From: Planctomycetota bacterium
GTDB lineage: Bacteria > Planctomycetota > MHYJ01 > WSZJ01
DNA length: 36,954 nucleotides
NCBI GenBank assembly: GCA_038060895.1
Contig: JBBTCT010000009.1
Span: forward strand, 1 to 36,954
Direction of reading: 5' to 3'
This document shows, piece by piece, positions 1-10,000 of the stretch. Every line of letters starts with the position of its first letter. Within the stretch, counting starts at the first letter, position 1. The translations under genes were made by a program, and so were the position numbers. Below the pieces are notes generated by a model that was not told the origin of the DNA, searched no databases, and worked only from the letters and a program-made list of their open reading frames with translations.

Positions 1-52
1 CAGAGTGTCAAGGGATTATCCCGGCCAGACCGCTAATGGCGCCGCCAGATGA

Positions 53-595
53 ACACCCACGGACATCCGGTACCCGCTCTTCCTGCGAACGCCCCAGAGT
101 TCATGGAAGCTGGGCGGTCGAATCTCGAGGGTTCGCACCGAAGCGCAACTGCGCGATGAGGCCGAGAACCTTCGCCGGGCGTTCGGTTGGGATTGTCCGG
201 TGCTCGCACGGGAGTGGGTCGATCTGCGAGAGGTCGGTTCCAGCGTCTACGGGCCGGTGCCGTTCGAGATTCGGGTCTGGGTCGTGGATGGCCTGCCCAT
301 CGCGTGGTCCTTCCACTACCTCAACGTCGTTAGCAAGCCGGAAGGATTTCCGCCGGGACCAGAGGATCTCCGCACTCTGTCGAAAATCGCGGCGTCCGTC
401 GCGCCTGCCTTCAGGTCGCGCTTCATTGTTGTTGATGTCGCGAAACGGAAAAAGGGCGGGTGGGTCATGATCGAGGCGGGGCCGGGTAGTTGCGCGGGGA
501 CGGGGCACGAAGGTGTATTCCGGCATGTCTGCTCGAGGCTTCGCGGGGAGAAGGGTGGATTCAGTGGGGACGATGTCGGCGGACCGCTGACCTAG
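53..595 (+). CDS. ATP-grasp domain protein (DUF4343/R2K-like), 5' end disrupted or outside the window
   Basis: Frame is open from 53 (YPLFLRTPQSSWK...VLAREWV...EIRVWVVDG...FIVVDVAK...WVMIEAGPGSCAG), which fits ATP-grasp motifs. An in-frame TGA at 50-52 and a plausible upstream continuation in another frame suggest a frameshift. Confidence 0.6.
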   Translation, partial: TPTDIRYPLFLRTPQSSWKLGGRISRVRTEAQLRDEAENLRRAFGWDCPVLAREWVDLREVGSSVYGPVPFEIRVWVVDGLPIAWSFHYLNVVSKPEGFPPGPEDLRTLSKIAASVAPAFRSRFIVVDVAKRKKGGWVMIEAGPGSCAGTGHEGVFRHVCSRLRGEKGGFSGDDVGGPLT

Positions 596-648
596 TGACC
601 GCATCGGGCAAGGCGGCCGAACGACACCACTTTTCTCGGGAGCAAGAC

Positions 649-1407
649 ATGGCGACGCAGAGCCGCCGGATATTCGTCACGGACGGCGCGAGTCACTTCC
701 AAGTCTGCAGCCTGACCCAAAACAAGAACGACGGCAGCATCTATCTGTCGGCGCCGGACTTCGCGAGCGTTCAGTGGTGGCTGCCCGCGGTCGGTTCGGA
801 TGGGAAGCCCGCGCTGCGAGAAGTGAAGTCGCCGTGGGACGGAAAACTAAGCCTTCACGGGTCAGGCCAAACGCACGTTCGTCCGTTTTCCGGCGAAGGC
901 GACGCGCGCCTTGTGGTGCAGGGTAGGGCTCTCAAGGACGAAAGGAATCAGACGCTGGGCGTCCGACACATGTGCACGATCATGTGGTCAAAGCCAACGC
1001 ACCTTCCTACGTCACCAGCATTTTCACGAGCCAGCGACTACTCAGTGTCCATCAAGAGCCTGGCTCCGTACGTTTTCGTGTTCTGGGCGATTCCGGCGAC
1101 GAAGAAGCTCCAAGTCACGGTGAACTTCGGGTTCCATGTCGACGACCTGACTGGATTGCCGCCGGAAGGGGGTTTTGGTGGATTTGGCCTTGCTCTGCAT
1201 GCCGTGGTCTGGTTCGCGTATCGGACGAAACACATGGAGCGCTGGCCCGCCGGTCCCTTGGTTTCCTATTTTGACGGCTACTTCGTGCCGGTCTTCATTG
1301 GGACTTCCGTCGGCAACGCGCGTCTGGAGCTCAGGAAACCTGAGTTCACGCTCGACGAGTCGAAGTTGCTCATCAACGTGCCGCGTCCAGAGGATGGACG
1401 CGCGTGA
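649..1407 (+). CDS. hypothetical protein (252 aa, beta-rich, KLSLHGSGQTH motif)
   Basis: ATG at 649 with GGGAG upstream; protein-like composition; more A/T-ending codons than the core genes. Confidence 0.7.
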   Translation: MATQSRRIFVTDGASHFQVCSLTQNKNDGSIYLSAPDFASVQWWLPAVGSDGKPALREVKSPWDGKLSLHGSGQTHVRPFSGEGDARLVVQGRALKDERNQTLGVRHMCTIMWSKPTHLPTSPAFSRASDYSVSIKSLAPYVFVFWAIPATKKLQVTVNFGFHVDDLTGLPPEGGFGGFGLALHAVVWFAYRTKHMERWPAGPLVSYFDGYFVPVFIGTSVGNARLELRKPEFTLDESKLLINVPRPEDGRA

Positions 1408-1794
1408 AGCGACGATCGGTCCTCCTTACAGATCGTTCCAGACATTCGAACAACCTTGCTCATGTAGGCCCTGCTTGGGGTGCGGCCCATTGCGGAAGTG
1501 AAGAATTCAGCGCGTAAGAGCGCCCCACCCGTCGCTCGCTCGACCGCTGCGCCGTACGCCGCTGCTAGTTCCCGCATCCGGCTGGGCCGAGGTGGGCGCC
1601 CACTTCTTGACCTATGTACCGGCTCAAAGTGCGCGTAATCCCAACTCAGGTAGTGCTTTACGCGAGATTCCGGCACGCGGACAAAGAATCGAAGCCCGAC
1701 CGCCAGCCCCGCCCTCGAGTTCGGATTTGAGTACCGCTCGGGGAGCTATGCTGGACCGATGGCGCAGAGATGGTTCCGACGTGGTTAACAGGAC

Positions 1795-1828
1795 CGCCCG
1801 GCGTGAAAAGCGTCGGGTGTTTTTATTT
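1795..1828 (+). terminator. intrinsic terminator-like hairpin
   Basis: CGCCCGGCG-tgaaaag-CGTCGGGTG stem (with G-U pairs) followed by TTTTTATTT. Confidence 0.6.
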
Positions 1829-2125
1829 GTGGGCGGGGTCGGGACTTGCGGCGATCCGGGTTTCGGACACGCGATTCTGAGGCCTTGCAGGGATTTGCAA
1901 CCGTTCTTCCGGCGGCCGATGGGATCAGAAACCGCGGTAAAGCAGCAAGTCGTAGAGAGTCTTGATGCCGCCCGACAAGTAAAACGGCACGGCGATGAGG
2001 GCCGAGAGGCGGAAGACGACGGCCCGCGAGCGTTGGAGTCCGATGGGCGTCGGGACATCCCGCCGCGAGATGAAGCAGGAGGACCGTCGCGAGTCCGCCG
2101 TAGGCAAACACCCCGGGAGCTTCAC
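1823..2125 (-). pseudogene. collapsed remnant of the MFS transporter usually found beside chrB-type genes
   Basis: Three non-contiguous pieces: N-terminal VFAYGGLATVLLLHLAA, central GLQRSRAVVFRLSAL, C-terminal PFYLSGGIKTLYDLLLYRGF*SHRPPEE with in-frame TGA at 1925-1927. A GTG overlaps the upstream stop (GTGA). Confidence 0.75.
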
Positions 2126-2586
2126 GAAACGTAGGCCCCGTTCGGCTTGCCGCGCTTCACCATCTCCTGGCAATAGCCATAGATCGCGTCGTACATGGGA
2201 AACTCCGCGGCGAGCATGGCGTGATCGTCTTTCAGGCCGACGTGCCGGAATCCCTCGGCGATGGCGTTCAGCCCTGCCGCCTCGGGCTGATTCCAGAGCG
2301 TGTTGTCGGTGTCCGCGCCGTTGACGATCTTCGCCATGAGGACGAGCGCCGGATCTTTCGTGAGATTCCACTTCTTCACGATTGCGTCGAACGAACACTC
2401 TTTGCCGCGATGCCCCAGCTCGTCGCCCTTGCAGTCGTACGATGTCGCTCCTTCTCTCTTCGCAACTTCCGCGACCTCGTCCACCGGCACGAAGAGAAAC
2501 TCGGCCTTCGGGTCCACGAACTTCCGGATGAGCCACGGGCAGGCGACACGGTCCACCTTCACCTTCTCTCTCGTGATCCACTTCAT
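2122..2586 (-). CDS. chromate resistance protein, ChrB C-terminal domain only (ChrF-like)
   Basis: MKWITR..VKVDRVACPWLIRKFVDPKAEFLFV, HRGKECSFDAI, IVNGADT, PEAAGL, YDAIY; ATGA overlap with the upstream gene. Confidence 0.9.
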   Translation of the reverse strand: MKWITREKVKVDRVACPWLIRKFVDPKAEFLFVPVDEVAEVAKREGATSYDCKGDELGHRGKECSFDAIVKKWNLTKDPALVLMAKIVNGADTDNTLWNQPEAAGLNAIAEGFRHVGLKDDHAMLAAEFPMYDAIYGYCQEMVKRGKPNGAYVS

Positions 2587-3023
2587 TTCGGTCTCCTTTT
2601 CGAAGGCGCACCCCCGCCGAGTTCGGCGTAGAGGGCGTCATAGATGCGGGCGCCTTCGCGAAGCGCAGACTTGTCGTTTCGCGAGGTCTTGCGGATGCCA
2701 CGGCAGAGCGCGTCGAGCCCGACCGAGATCGGCTCGACCTGGGCTTCCTGCACGGTGTCCGCCTCATCCACGATCCGTGCGATCCGCTCCAGCGCGGCGT
2801 TGCTGCCCAGGCGATAGGCCTTCACGATCGCGTGGAAGCTGCAGTGTCCCCGATGGTGCGACAGCCGGGCTTTCGGGATGTCGAACGGTTCCGCGCCCTT
2901 CGGCAGAGGGGTCTGGCCTTGGGGAACGAAGAGGAATTCCGCCTTCGGGTCGATGAACCGCCTGATGAGCCAGGCGCAGGCCATCCGATCCACGCCGACG
3001 TTCTGCCACGTAACCCACCTCAT
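2583..3023 (-). CDS. chromate resistance protein, ChrB C-terminal domain only (second paralog)
   Basis: MRWVTW..VGVDRMACAWLIRRFIDPKAEFLFV, PFDIP..RLSHHRGHCSF, IVDEADT, IYDALY; GGGAGA RBS and ATGA overlap. Confidence 0.9.
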   Translation of the reverse strand: MRWVTWQNVGVDRMACAWLIRRFIDPKAEFLFVPQGQTPLPKGAEPFDIPKARLSHHRGHCSFHAIVKAYRLGSNAALERIARIVDEADTVQEAQVEPISVGLDALCRGIRKTSRNDKSALREGARIYDALYAELGGGAPSKRRPK

Positions 3024-3475
3024 TTGTGGTGTTCTCCCTTGGTGGAGAGGAGACGGCGGCGCACCTGGGACGCCAGGCCGTCGCCGAAGTGATCGTTCGC
3101 CTGGGCCTCCCGGAACCGACGCGAGAGTGACGAGAGCCCCGGCTTCGGTTTCCTGAGGGCAACAAGAATCTCCCGATAAATCTTCTCGACGGGCTCGCGG
3201 AATCGCTTCAGGAGCGCCGCGTCCTGCCGGGACGTAAGGGATCGAGCCTGCCAGAGCGCAGCCTGGCCGCCCATTTCGTCAATTTCCGAGGCGAGCCACT
3301 GGAACTTCTCGCGGTTCCGCTCAGTTGCGGGAAGAAGCCAGACCGCGTCCTGTACCGCGTGGGCGGCAAGGCCCCGCAATTTGCGCCAGACGTAGACGCG
3401 CGTCGCGGACGGCTCTCTCGGAATCGAGTAGCTGAGGAGGAGCCAGTCGCGGCCGGACGAATCTTCTTGCTTCAT
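3020..3475 (-). CDS. chrB: ChrB N-terminal (regulatory, DNA-binding) domain protein
   Basis: WLLLSYSIPREPSATRVYVWRKLRGL...QDAVWLLP...FQWLASEIDEMGG...DHFG, matching the ChrB N-domain. Confidence 0.85.
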   Translation of the reverse strand: MKQEDSSGRDWLLLSYSIPREPSATRVYVWRKLRGLAAHAVQDAVWLLPATERNREKFQWLASEIDEMGGQAALWQARSLTSRQDAALLKRFREPVEKIYREILVALRKPKPGLSSLSRRFREAQANDHFGDGLASQVRRRLLSTKGEHHK

Positions 3476-3498
3476 GCGCCCCGTGGTATGAGGATCGA

Positions 3499-3512
3499 GT
3501 AACCTTGGTTAC
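3499..3512. promoter_or_regulatory. candidate operator palindrome between chrB-N and the DUF1259 gene
   Basis: GTAACC-TT-GGTTAC perfect inverted repeat in the 85-bp divergent gap. Confidence 0.5.
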
Positions 3513-3560
3513 AAGGTAGTCGACCCCCGGACGAAGTGCAAACGAAATGGGAATCCCTTC

Positions 3561-3956
3561 ATGACCAGAATTGCCGCCGTACTCGCCCTCCTCGCCCTCG
3601 CCTGCAGCGCAGGCGCCGAGGAGCCGAGGCTCGATACCGCGAAAATCTAGGAAGTCACAGGCCTCAAGGGAGCGATGAACGACGCGGAGGGGGTATTCAA
3701 GGTGACCTCTCCACGGACCGACGTGAAAGTCACCGTGGACGGCTCGGTCATGCGTCCCTTCATGGGACTGACGTCCTGGGAAGCCTCCCAGAAGGGCAGG
3801 AAGGCCGAGGCCATGGTGATGGGCGACCTCGTGCTCTTCCAGGACGAAGTGAACCCCGTCATGAGCGCCCTCTTCGACGCCGGTCTGACGGTGACCGCCC
3901 TTCACAATCACTTCTTCTACGCCGAGCCGGCCGTCTATTTCATGCACATCGGCGGT
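3561..3956 (+). pseudogene. DUF1259 (LppY/LpqO family) secreted protein, nonsense mutation plus 3' truncation
   Basis: ATG 3561 gives a signal peptide (MTRIAAVLALLALACSAGA); in-frame TAG at 3648-3650; then PRTD, MGLTSW, MVMGDLVL, EVNPV, ALHNHF, YFMHIGG. Similarity stops abruptly after HIGG. Confidence 0.85.
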
Positions 3957-3971
3957 TTTGTACGGTTGGGC

Positions 3972-3989
3972 GTAGCGCCGCGGCGCTAC
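3972..3989. repeat. perfect 18-bp palindrome (hairpin or REP-like)
   Basis: GTAGCGCCG|CGGCGCTAC, 16 nt beyond the stop of the giant gene. Confidence 0.5.
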
Positions 3990-4005
3990 TTGCGTCTTCT
4001 CCCGG

Positions 4006-7000
4006 CTATCTCCCAATCTGCTGAAGCATGTCCCGCGCCTTGTTCCTTTCGCTCTCGAACCGCGCGGGCCAGTCCGTCGAAACAGCTTTCTCGAGGACTT
4101 CCCGCGCCTCGGCCTTCTTGCCCCACGAAATCAGTGCCTGCGCCAGCCCCAGATAGCCGCCCGGCTCGCGTGAACGGATGCGGATGACGTGGCGCCACTG
4201 AAGAGCTTCCTCGGCCCAGCGGCTCTGCGCGCGGCGGACGTCGGCGAGGGCCTGATGGGACTCGGACTCCTGCGGCATCATTTCGACGAGGTTCGTGAAG
4301 GCGCGTTCGGCGTTGGCCGGCTGGTTCATCTCGGTCCATCGTTTGCCGAGGTCCTTGTACAACTCGACGTTGTGGCCGGTCAGTTTCGCGGATTCGAGGA
4401 GCTGCGCGGTGGCGCGGTCGCGGGCGCCCATGCGGTCCCAGGCGTCGATGAGCAGGCGGTGGGTCTCGACGTCGTTGGGCTGGACTTCAACGGCCTGCTG
4501 GAGTTGCGTTGCGGCTTGCTCGTATCTTGACTTCTCGAAGTACACCTGCCCGAGCGCCTTGCGCACGATCGGGTTCTCCAGACCGGTTTCTTTGATAACC
4601 GCATCGAGCCGCTTCACGTAGGCGTCCAGGTCCTTGGCCTCGCGCAGGACCTGGCTGAGCCGGGCCAGCTCGTCCTGCCTCCCGTGGACGTGCCTGCCCC
4701 AGCTCAGGATCGCTCCGGCCGCGGAGTCCACCGCCTTGTCGGTCTCGCCCAGGCCGCTCCAGGCGCCCGCTTCGTTGCGGTAGTACACGCTCAGGACTCC
4801 GTCGCCGACTCCGCGGTTGGGGGCGGTCTTGACGTGAAGGGCGATGGCCTCGTCGTAGTAGCCGATGCACTGCTTGAAGAGACAGGTCTCGAGGCAGATG
4901 CCGCCGAGCGTGGCCATGACGTTCTCGGTCCAGCGAGCGTCCTTGTGAAAGTGCGTGTCTGCCTGGGCCAGGGTTTGGAGCAGAAGCGCCTCGTTCTTCG
5001 TCTTGAAGTACGCGCGCATCAGGAGGACGCGGTAGGCCAGCGCGTCCGGGGCCTTCGCGATCATCGGGATGAGGATCGGGATGGCTTCCGCGTCGCGGTT
5101 CTGCTGCTGCAGGAATTCGCACAGCTTGTACTGGCCGTTGAGCCCGAGGAGCTGACGGCGATGGGCCGAGAGCAGCGCTTCGATCGCATCCGCGTACTGC
5201 CGCAGGTCGTGGTAGAGGTAATCCGCGATGTACAGAACACGGGCTTCGGACCGCTCGTACTGGGCGAGGACTTCGTGTGCGGCCTTCGAGAAATCCGGCT
5301 GCTTCTCCGACCAGAATTCGCCGGATCCGATGGAATACATGCTCCGGTTCCGGGCGGACATCGAGCGCAGGTCTTCCTTGAGTTCCCGGAGAACGAGGGT
5401 GAGCAACCGCGCGGAGAGCTGAGCCGGAAGCGACTTCGCTTCAACCCGGTAGCGGGAAGCGAGGTGCCCGAGGTTGCTCCAGAAGCCCTGGTGCTGGAGC
5501 CGCAGCCAGCCCGGCTCGGTTTCCGCGCGGACGACCAGGAATTCGAGGGCGCTGAGGGCGCTCACGATTTCGCGGAGCCGTTCGGCCACGGTGCTGATGA
5601 TCCCCTGGGAATTGCGGTAGTTGTACCGGTTCAGCATCGGCGGCAGGAGCTCGAAGGCGAAGCGGCTCACGTCCGCGCCGACGCCCGGGTACTTGAGGTC
5701 GTGGTGGACGTTGTGCCAGGTGTTGGCGAGGGTGCTGACCAGGTTGGAGAGGTGGTTTTCGTTCGAGTTGGACTGCATCTCCTCCACGATCGCCTTGAAC
5801 ATGGCGGCGTAGAGACCCGGACCCTTGCCGAGAGAGACCTCGGCGCGGCGAGCCAGGGCGGACTGGTAAACGAGGAAGAGGGACTGCTTCAACCAGAGCG
5901 CCTGCTGTTCGTTCGGCTTGCCGGCGAGCTCGTCCAGCCAGACTTTCTCCGCGGCCCTGAAATCACCGAGCACCTGCAGCCAGGAAGAGTAAGTGCCCAG
6001 TTGGGGATTGGCGCTCTGAGGCAGCTGGCCCTTGTTCGCCGCCCGGTGCTCGCCGAGGGCGCCTCCCAGCGTGACGATCGCCGCCTGCTGCCGGCCGTTC
6101 GCCCACTGGGCCGTGGCCATGTGCCCGCCGATCGCGAAGCGAACCTCGCTTCCGGCCGGCGCGCCGCCGTAGAGGACTCCGAGCTCGCGCAGCTGCTCTT
6201 CCGCCAGCGCCGCGGGTTTCATGCCGCCCCTGTTGGCGAGGAACTCCGCCATCATGACCGGTTCGCCGTCCGCCCAGCTCAGCTTGAAGGCTTCCTTCAG
6301 CGCGGCCAGCGCCGCATCCGCGTGCGGTCCGACGCCGTGGGTCTGTTCCGCGGCGCGGTGCTCCACCATGAACTCCAGCAGTCGGAGCGCCCGGCGGTTG
6401 ACGTCGTGATTCGACCGTCCGTGCTGCGCCTGCAGATGTTTTTCCAGGCGGTCCAGCGTCGCTTCTTCCTGGATCGAATCGGTGACCGACTTCAGCGCGT
6501 TCAGCAACGGGTAGATCTGCTGCGAGGACTGGCCGATCACCGCCTCCGGGATGCACTCGAGAAGGCGGAAATCGCGCGTCGACTGGTAGAACGACTGCAG
6601 AGTCCACGCGTAATTGGCCGGGTACGACGCCTTGCGAAACAGCGCGATGAACGCCAGCGGCACTTCCGCATCCATCTCCGACGGCACGTCGGGGCCCGAG
6701 CGCTGGTAGCGGTACGACTCCGATTGCAACCAGTTGCTGATCTCCCACTCATTGCGCGCCTGCCACGACAGGATCCGCGCCTCGCGCGACTTGTCCCGCG
6801 AGTCCAGCACGGTGTACCAGTCGGACAGTGTCTTGAGCTCCTCGGCGTCGAGCTCGCCCAGCTTGCGAAGTTCCTCGAACACCGTCACCGCGTCCTGCAC
6901 TCTTCCGCGCTCCGCTTCGACCGTGGCGAGATCCTTCCCCCAACGGAGCTTTGCGAATTCGCGCTTCTCGCCATACCACTCTTTCAGCGCCGCCTCGAGG

Positions 7001-10000
7001 TCGTCGCCGCGGTCCAGCGCGGTCAGCAGCTCGAACTTCGCGCCACGCCACTCGATCAGCTCGTTGTTGCCGGCAATCGCCTCGTTCATCGTCGCCAGGA
7101 TGGCCGAAACGGCCGGCGCCCCCGGCTCGCCCGCCGCGCGCACCGCGAGCCACGACAACGTCGACACACAGCGCTCCGCCAGGATGCGCTCGGCCAGCGT
7201 CACGTCATCGGTCTTCTTCTTCGCCGTCGCTTCCATCACGGAAGCGAGCAGCGCACGGACTTCGGTCTCGAGCGGCTTGATGTCCCCGCCCAGTTTCACC
7301 TGCTGGTACACGCGTTCCATCGCGAGCCAGGGCCGAAGCGTCTCCAGGCCGGCGCTCTTCTCCAGGTCCGCCAGCGTGCCGACCGTCAGCCCGCGGGCTT
7401 CCTTCAGCGCTTTCTGCCGCGCTTCCTTGACCTTCCGGCGCGGCAGTTCGTTCACGCCGGGAAGCGCCGCGACCGTCGCGTCGGCGCGGGCCGCGGTCAT
7501 CCAGTCCACGAGGAGGTGCAGGCCGACCACGCGGATGGCGAGAATGACTTCCTCCGGCTTCGTCTCACCGGGCGCCGCCGTCAGGCGCGGCAGCAGAGTC
7601 AGCAGTTCGGCCTGGATCTCGGCCTTCCACGGCTCGGCCAGGAGGGCGCTGAACAGATTCTCCAGCGCCGCCGCCGTCTCCGCAGGGGTCTTCGCATCCT
7701 GCAGCGTTTTGCGGAGGCACTTGAGCCGAAGTTCGCCGCGCCCGTACCCGAGGACGACCTGCGCAAGGACCTGCTTGTCCTGCGCCGCCGCTTCGACGAG
7801 CCAGCGTTCGTACACGGCGTCGAGGATCTTCTGCCAGCCCGCTTCGCCTTCGTCCGTGACGAATCCGTACGGCTTCAGCCACGCGACGAACTCGGCGACC
7901 TTCGCGGCGGGAAGACTGGCGGTCTGCGTCTTGAGGCGCCCGTACAGGGTGTTGCGGACGGCGCGCGCTTCGTCGGTGGCCAGGAAACTTCCCCCCTGGA
8001 GGATCTGGCCCGTGAGGTAAGACAGGGTCTTGTGGTCGGCGAAGTAGAGCGCCGTTTCGGCCAGCGCGGCGGACATTCGTTCGTCGAAGCGGTTGTTCCA
8101 CAGGTTGTAACCCTGTCCCATCGCGTGACGGATGGCCGCGGAGACGCGGACGATCTCCCCGGGCGAAAGCTTCTCCTTCCGGAACGACACCAGCCATTCT
8201 TCGATCCGCTTCGAGGCCTGGGGTTCCCGGTCCAGCATGATGAGCGCCGAGAGGAACATGTCCCAGGACTGCTGGGGGACCTTGCCCGGATGGGCCTGGT
8301 CCCAGCCCTCGACGTAAGACACGAACGCGTCCAACCGGTAGGAATTGAAGAGGATCCACCCTCCGGTCTGGCGCAGCTGGTCGATTTCGTAGTCCTGCCA
8401 CGGGCCGTTCTTCGATTCGGCCTGCGCGAGGAACGCCAGCGCGGCGTCCACTTCGCCGCGGCCCGACAGGGTGTTGGCGACCGCGTTCTGCAGGTCCACC
8501 TGGAACGGGTATTTCTCCGCCAGGGTCCTCTGGGCCGCGAAGAACTGCTCGGCCTGTCCCATGTTCTGCAGCGCGTAGAGCCACTGGCGGTCCCACGGCA
8601 GCAGCGGCTCGAAAATCTCCTTCTGCCGCTCGCAGACCGGCTTCAGGGTCTCGAGAAGCGCCATCGTTTCATTCCCCGCGTTCAACGAATTCGCGTAGTT
8701 GATCACGTGCCAGGCCGCCGAGAAGTCGGCGTCGCGGGGAGTCGCGGCGAGGGCGGCGATCGCTTCCTGTAGAAGCGCCTTGAGTTCTTCGTTCTGGCGG
8801 CTCTGCTGCAGGAGAGCGAGCCGGATCGGCGTGAGCCCCGCTTTGCCCTTCAGCCGTTCGGCAAAGGCCTGCATCGCCGGCTTCGCGTCGTCCCAGTTCT
8901 GCCGCGCGGAGGCCCAGCCCAGCACGGCCCAGATGTCTTCGATCGTCGCCTTGCCGTCCTTGAAGGCCTGTTTCGCGTCCTCCAGCTTCTCCGGCGCCTT
9001 GCCGAGGAGGATGGCGTCGTTCTTTCGTTCAAGGACCTTCGCCACCGCGGCGTCGAGATCCGCCCTGGCCAGTTCCTGGACTTCGATCCGGAGGGTGGAC
9101 GTCTCCTTGCCCGCCTTGTCCTTCGTCACGATCTTCGCGGGCCACCAGGCGCCGCCCACTTCGACGAGGTCGCTGAAAAGTGTGGTTGAGACCACCTCGT
9201 TGTCCACGACGCCGCGCACTTCGAGGACCGCCGATTTCGCGGGATCCAGGATCACGACCGTCTGCGCCGCCGGCTGCGCGGGCCAGGTGAAGACCAGCGA
9301 GATCCGGCCGTCCGCCAGCGTCTCCATCGCGACGCTGGCCCCGGCATACGCCGCAAACGTGTCAAAGAAGTACCAGCCGAACGGCGCTTCCCAGCTCGCC
9401 GCGTCCCCGTCCTCCGGCTTCCTCGTCCGGCCGAGCAACCAGGCCGCCGAGAGAACTCCGCGCTCCTCCGCCGTCAGCCACTGGACCTGGTAGTCGAGGC
9501 CCGCGAGATGCGTCGTGATCGTGAGCCACGTCGCCGCGGAGATCCAGTCCTCGTGCGTCCCGTACTCGTGCTTGCGCCCGCGCGAATCCACACCCGAGGA
9601 CTTCAGGGTGAAGTGAAGTCCTTTCGCGGACGCCGCGATCCACGCCCGGCGATCCATCTTCCGCACGAGATCGAGAACCTCCTTCGACCACGCCGGTTCG
9701 GCCATCTTCCCGCGCGGCCCGGGGACGGCAGGGAAGAGCGCGTTGAGGTAGTCATAGGGTCCACCGCGATCGCCTCTCCGGCCGGCGAAGGCGCTTCGCT
9801 CCCCGGCGTACACGCCGCCGACGCGCGCGTCTTTCCCGCCGCGGGCTCTCAGGCCGTAGAACTTGCCCCCCTGGGCGTTTTCTCTTCTGGGGGAATACTC
9901 GTCGTAGTCCGCTTTCAGTTCCGACGATTTCTTCGCCTTCTCCTCGACCGGGCTCGCAGACGGGCTGGGTCCGTACACCTCGTTGTCCTCCTCGCCCATG

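Noticed and set aside
1278-1676. Minus-strand ORF with an HTH-like ending (SRAYMSKVVRMS) recalling small recombinase-associated proteins
   Set aside because: Overlaps the 649-1407 gene by 130 bp and the similarity is too weak to call by eye; at most a remnant.
1940-2050. Fluoride riboswitch-like GGCGATG start
   Set aside because: No matching stem or pseudoknot partner; the sequence is explained by the MFS remnant on the other strand.
50-3650. Stop-codon recoding suggested by three in-frame stops (TGA 50, TGA 1925, TAG 3648)
   Set aside because: TGA and TAG end many intact genes here, and two of the affected genes also have deletions or truncations, so decay explains them better.
4684-8772. 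1362-aa plus-strand ORF and other long antisense ORFs
   Set aside because: Shadow ORFs of GC-rich genes, with R/L/V/G-biased composition and no motifs.
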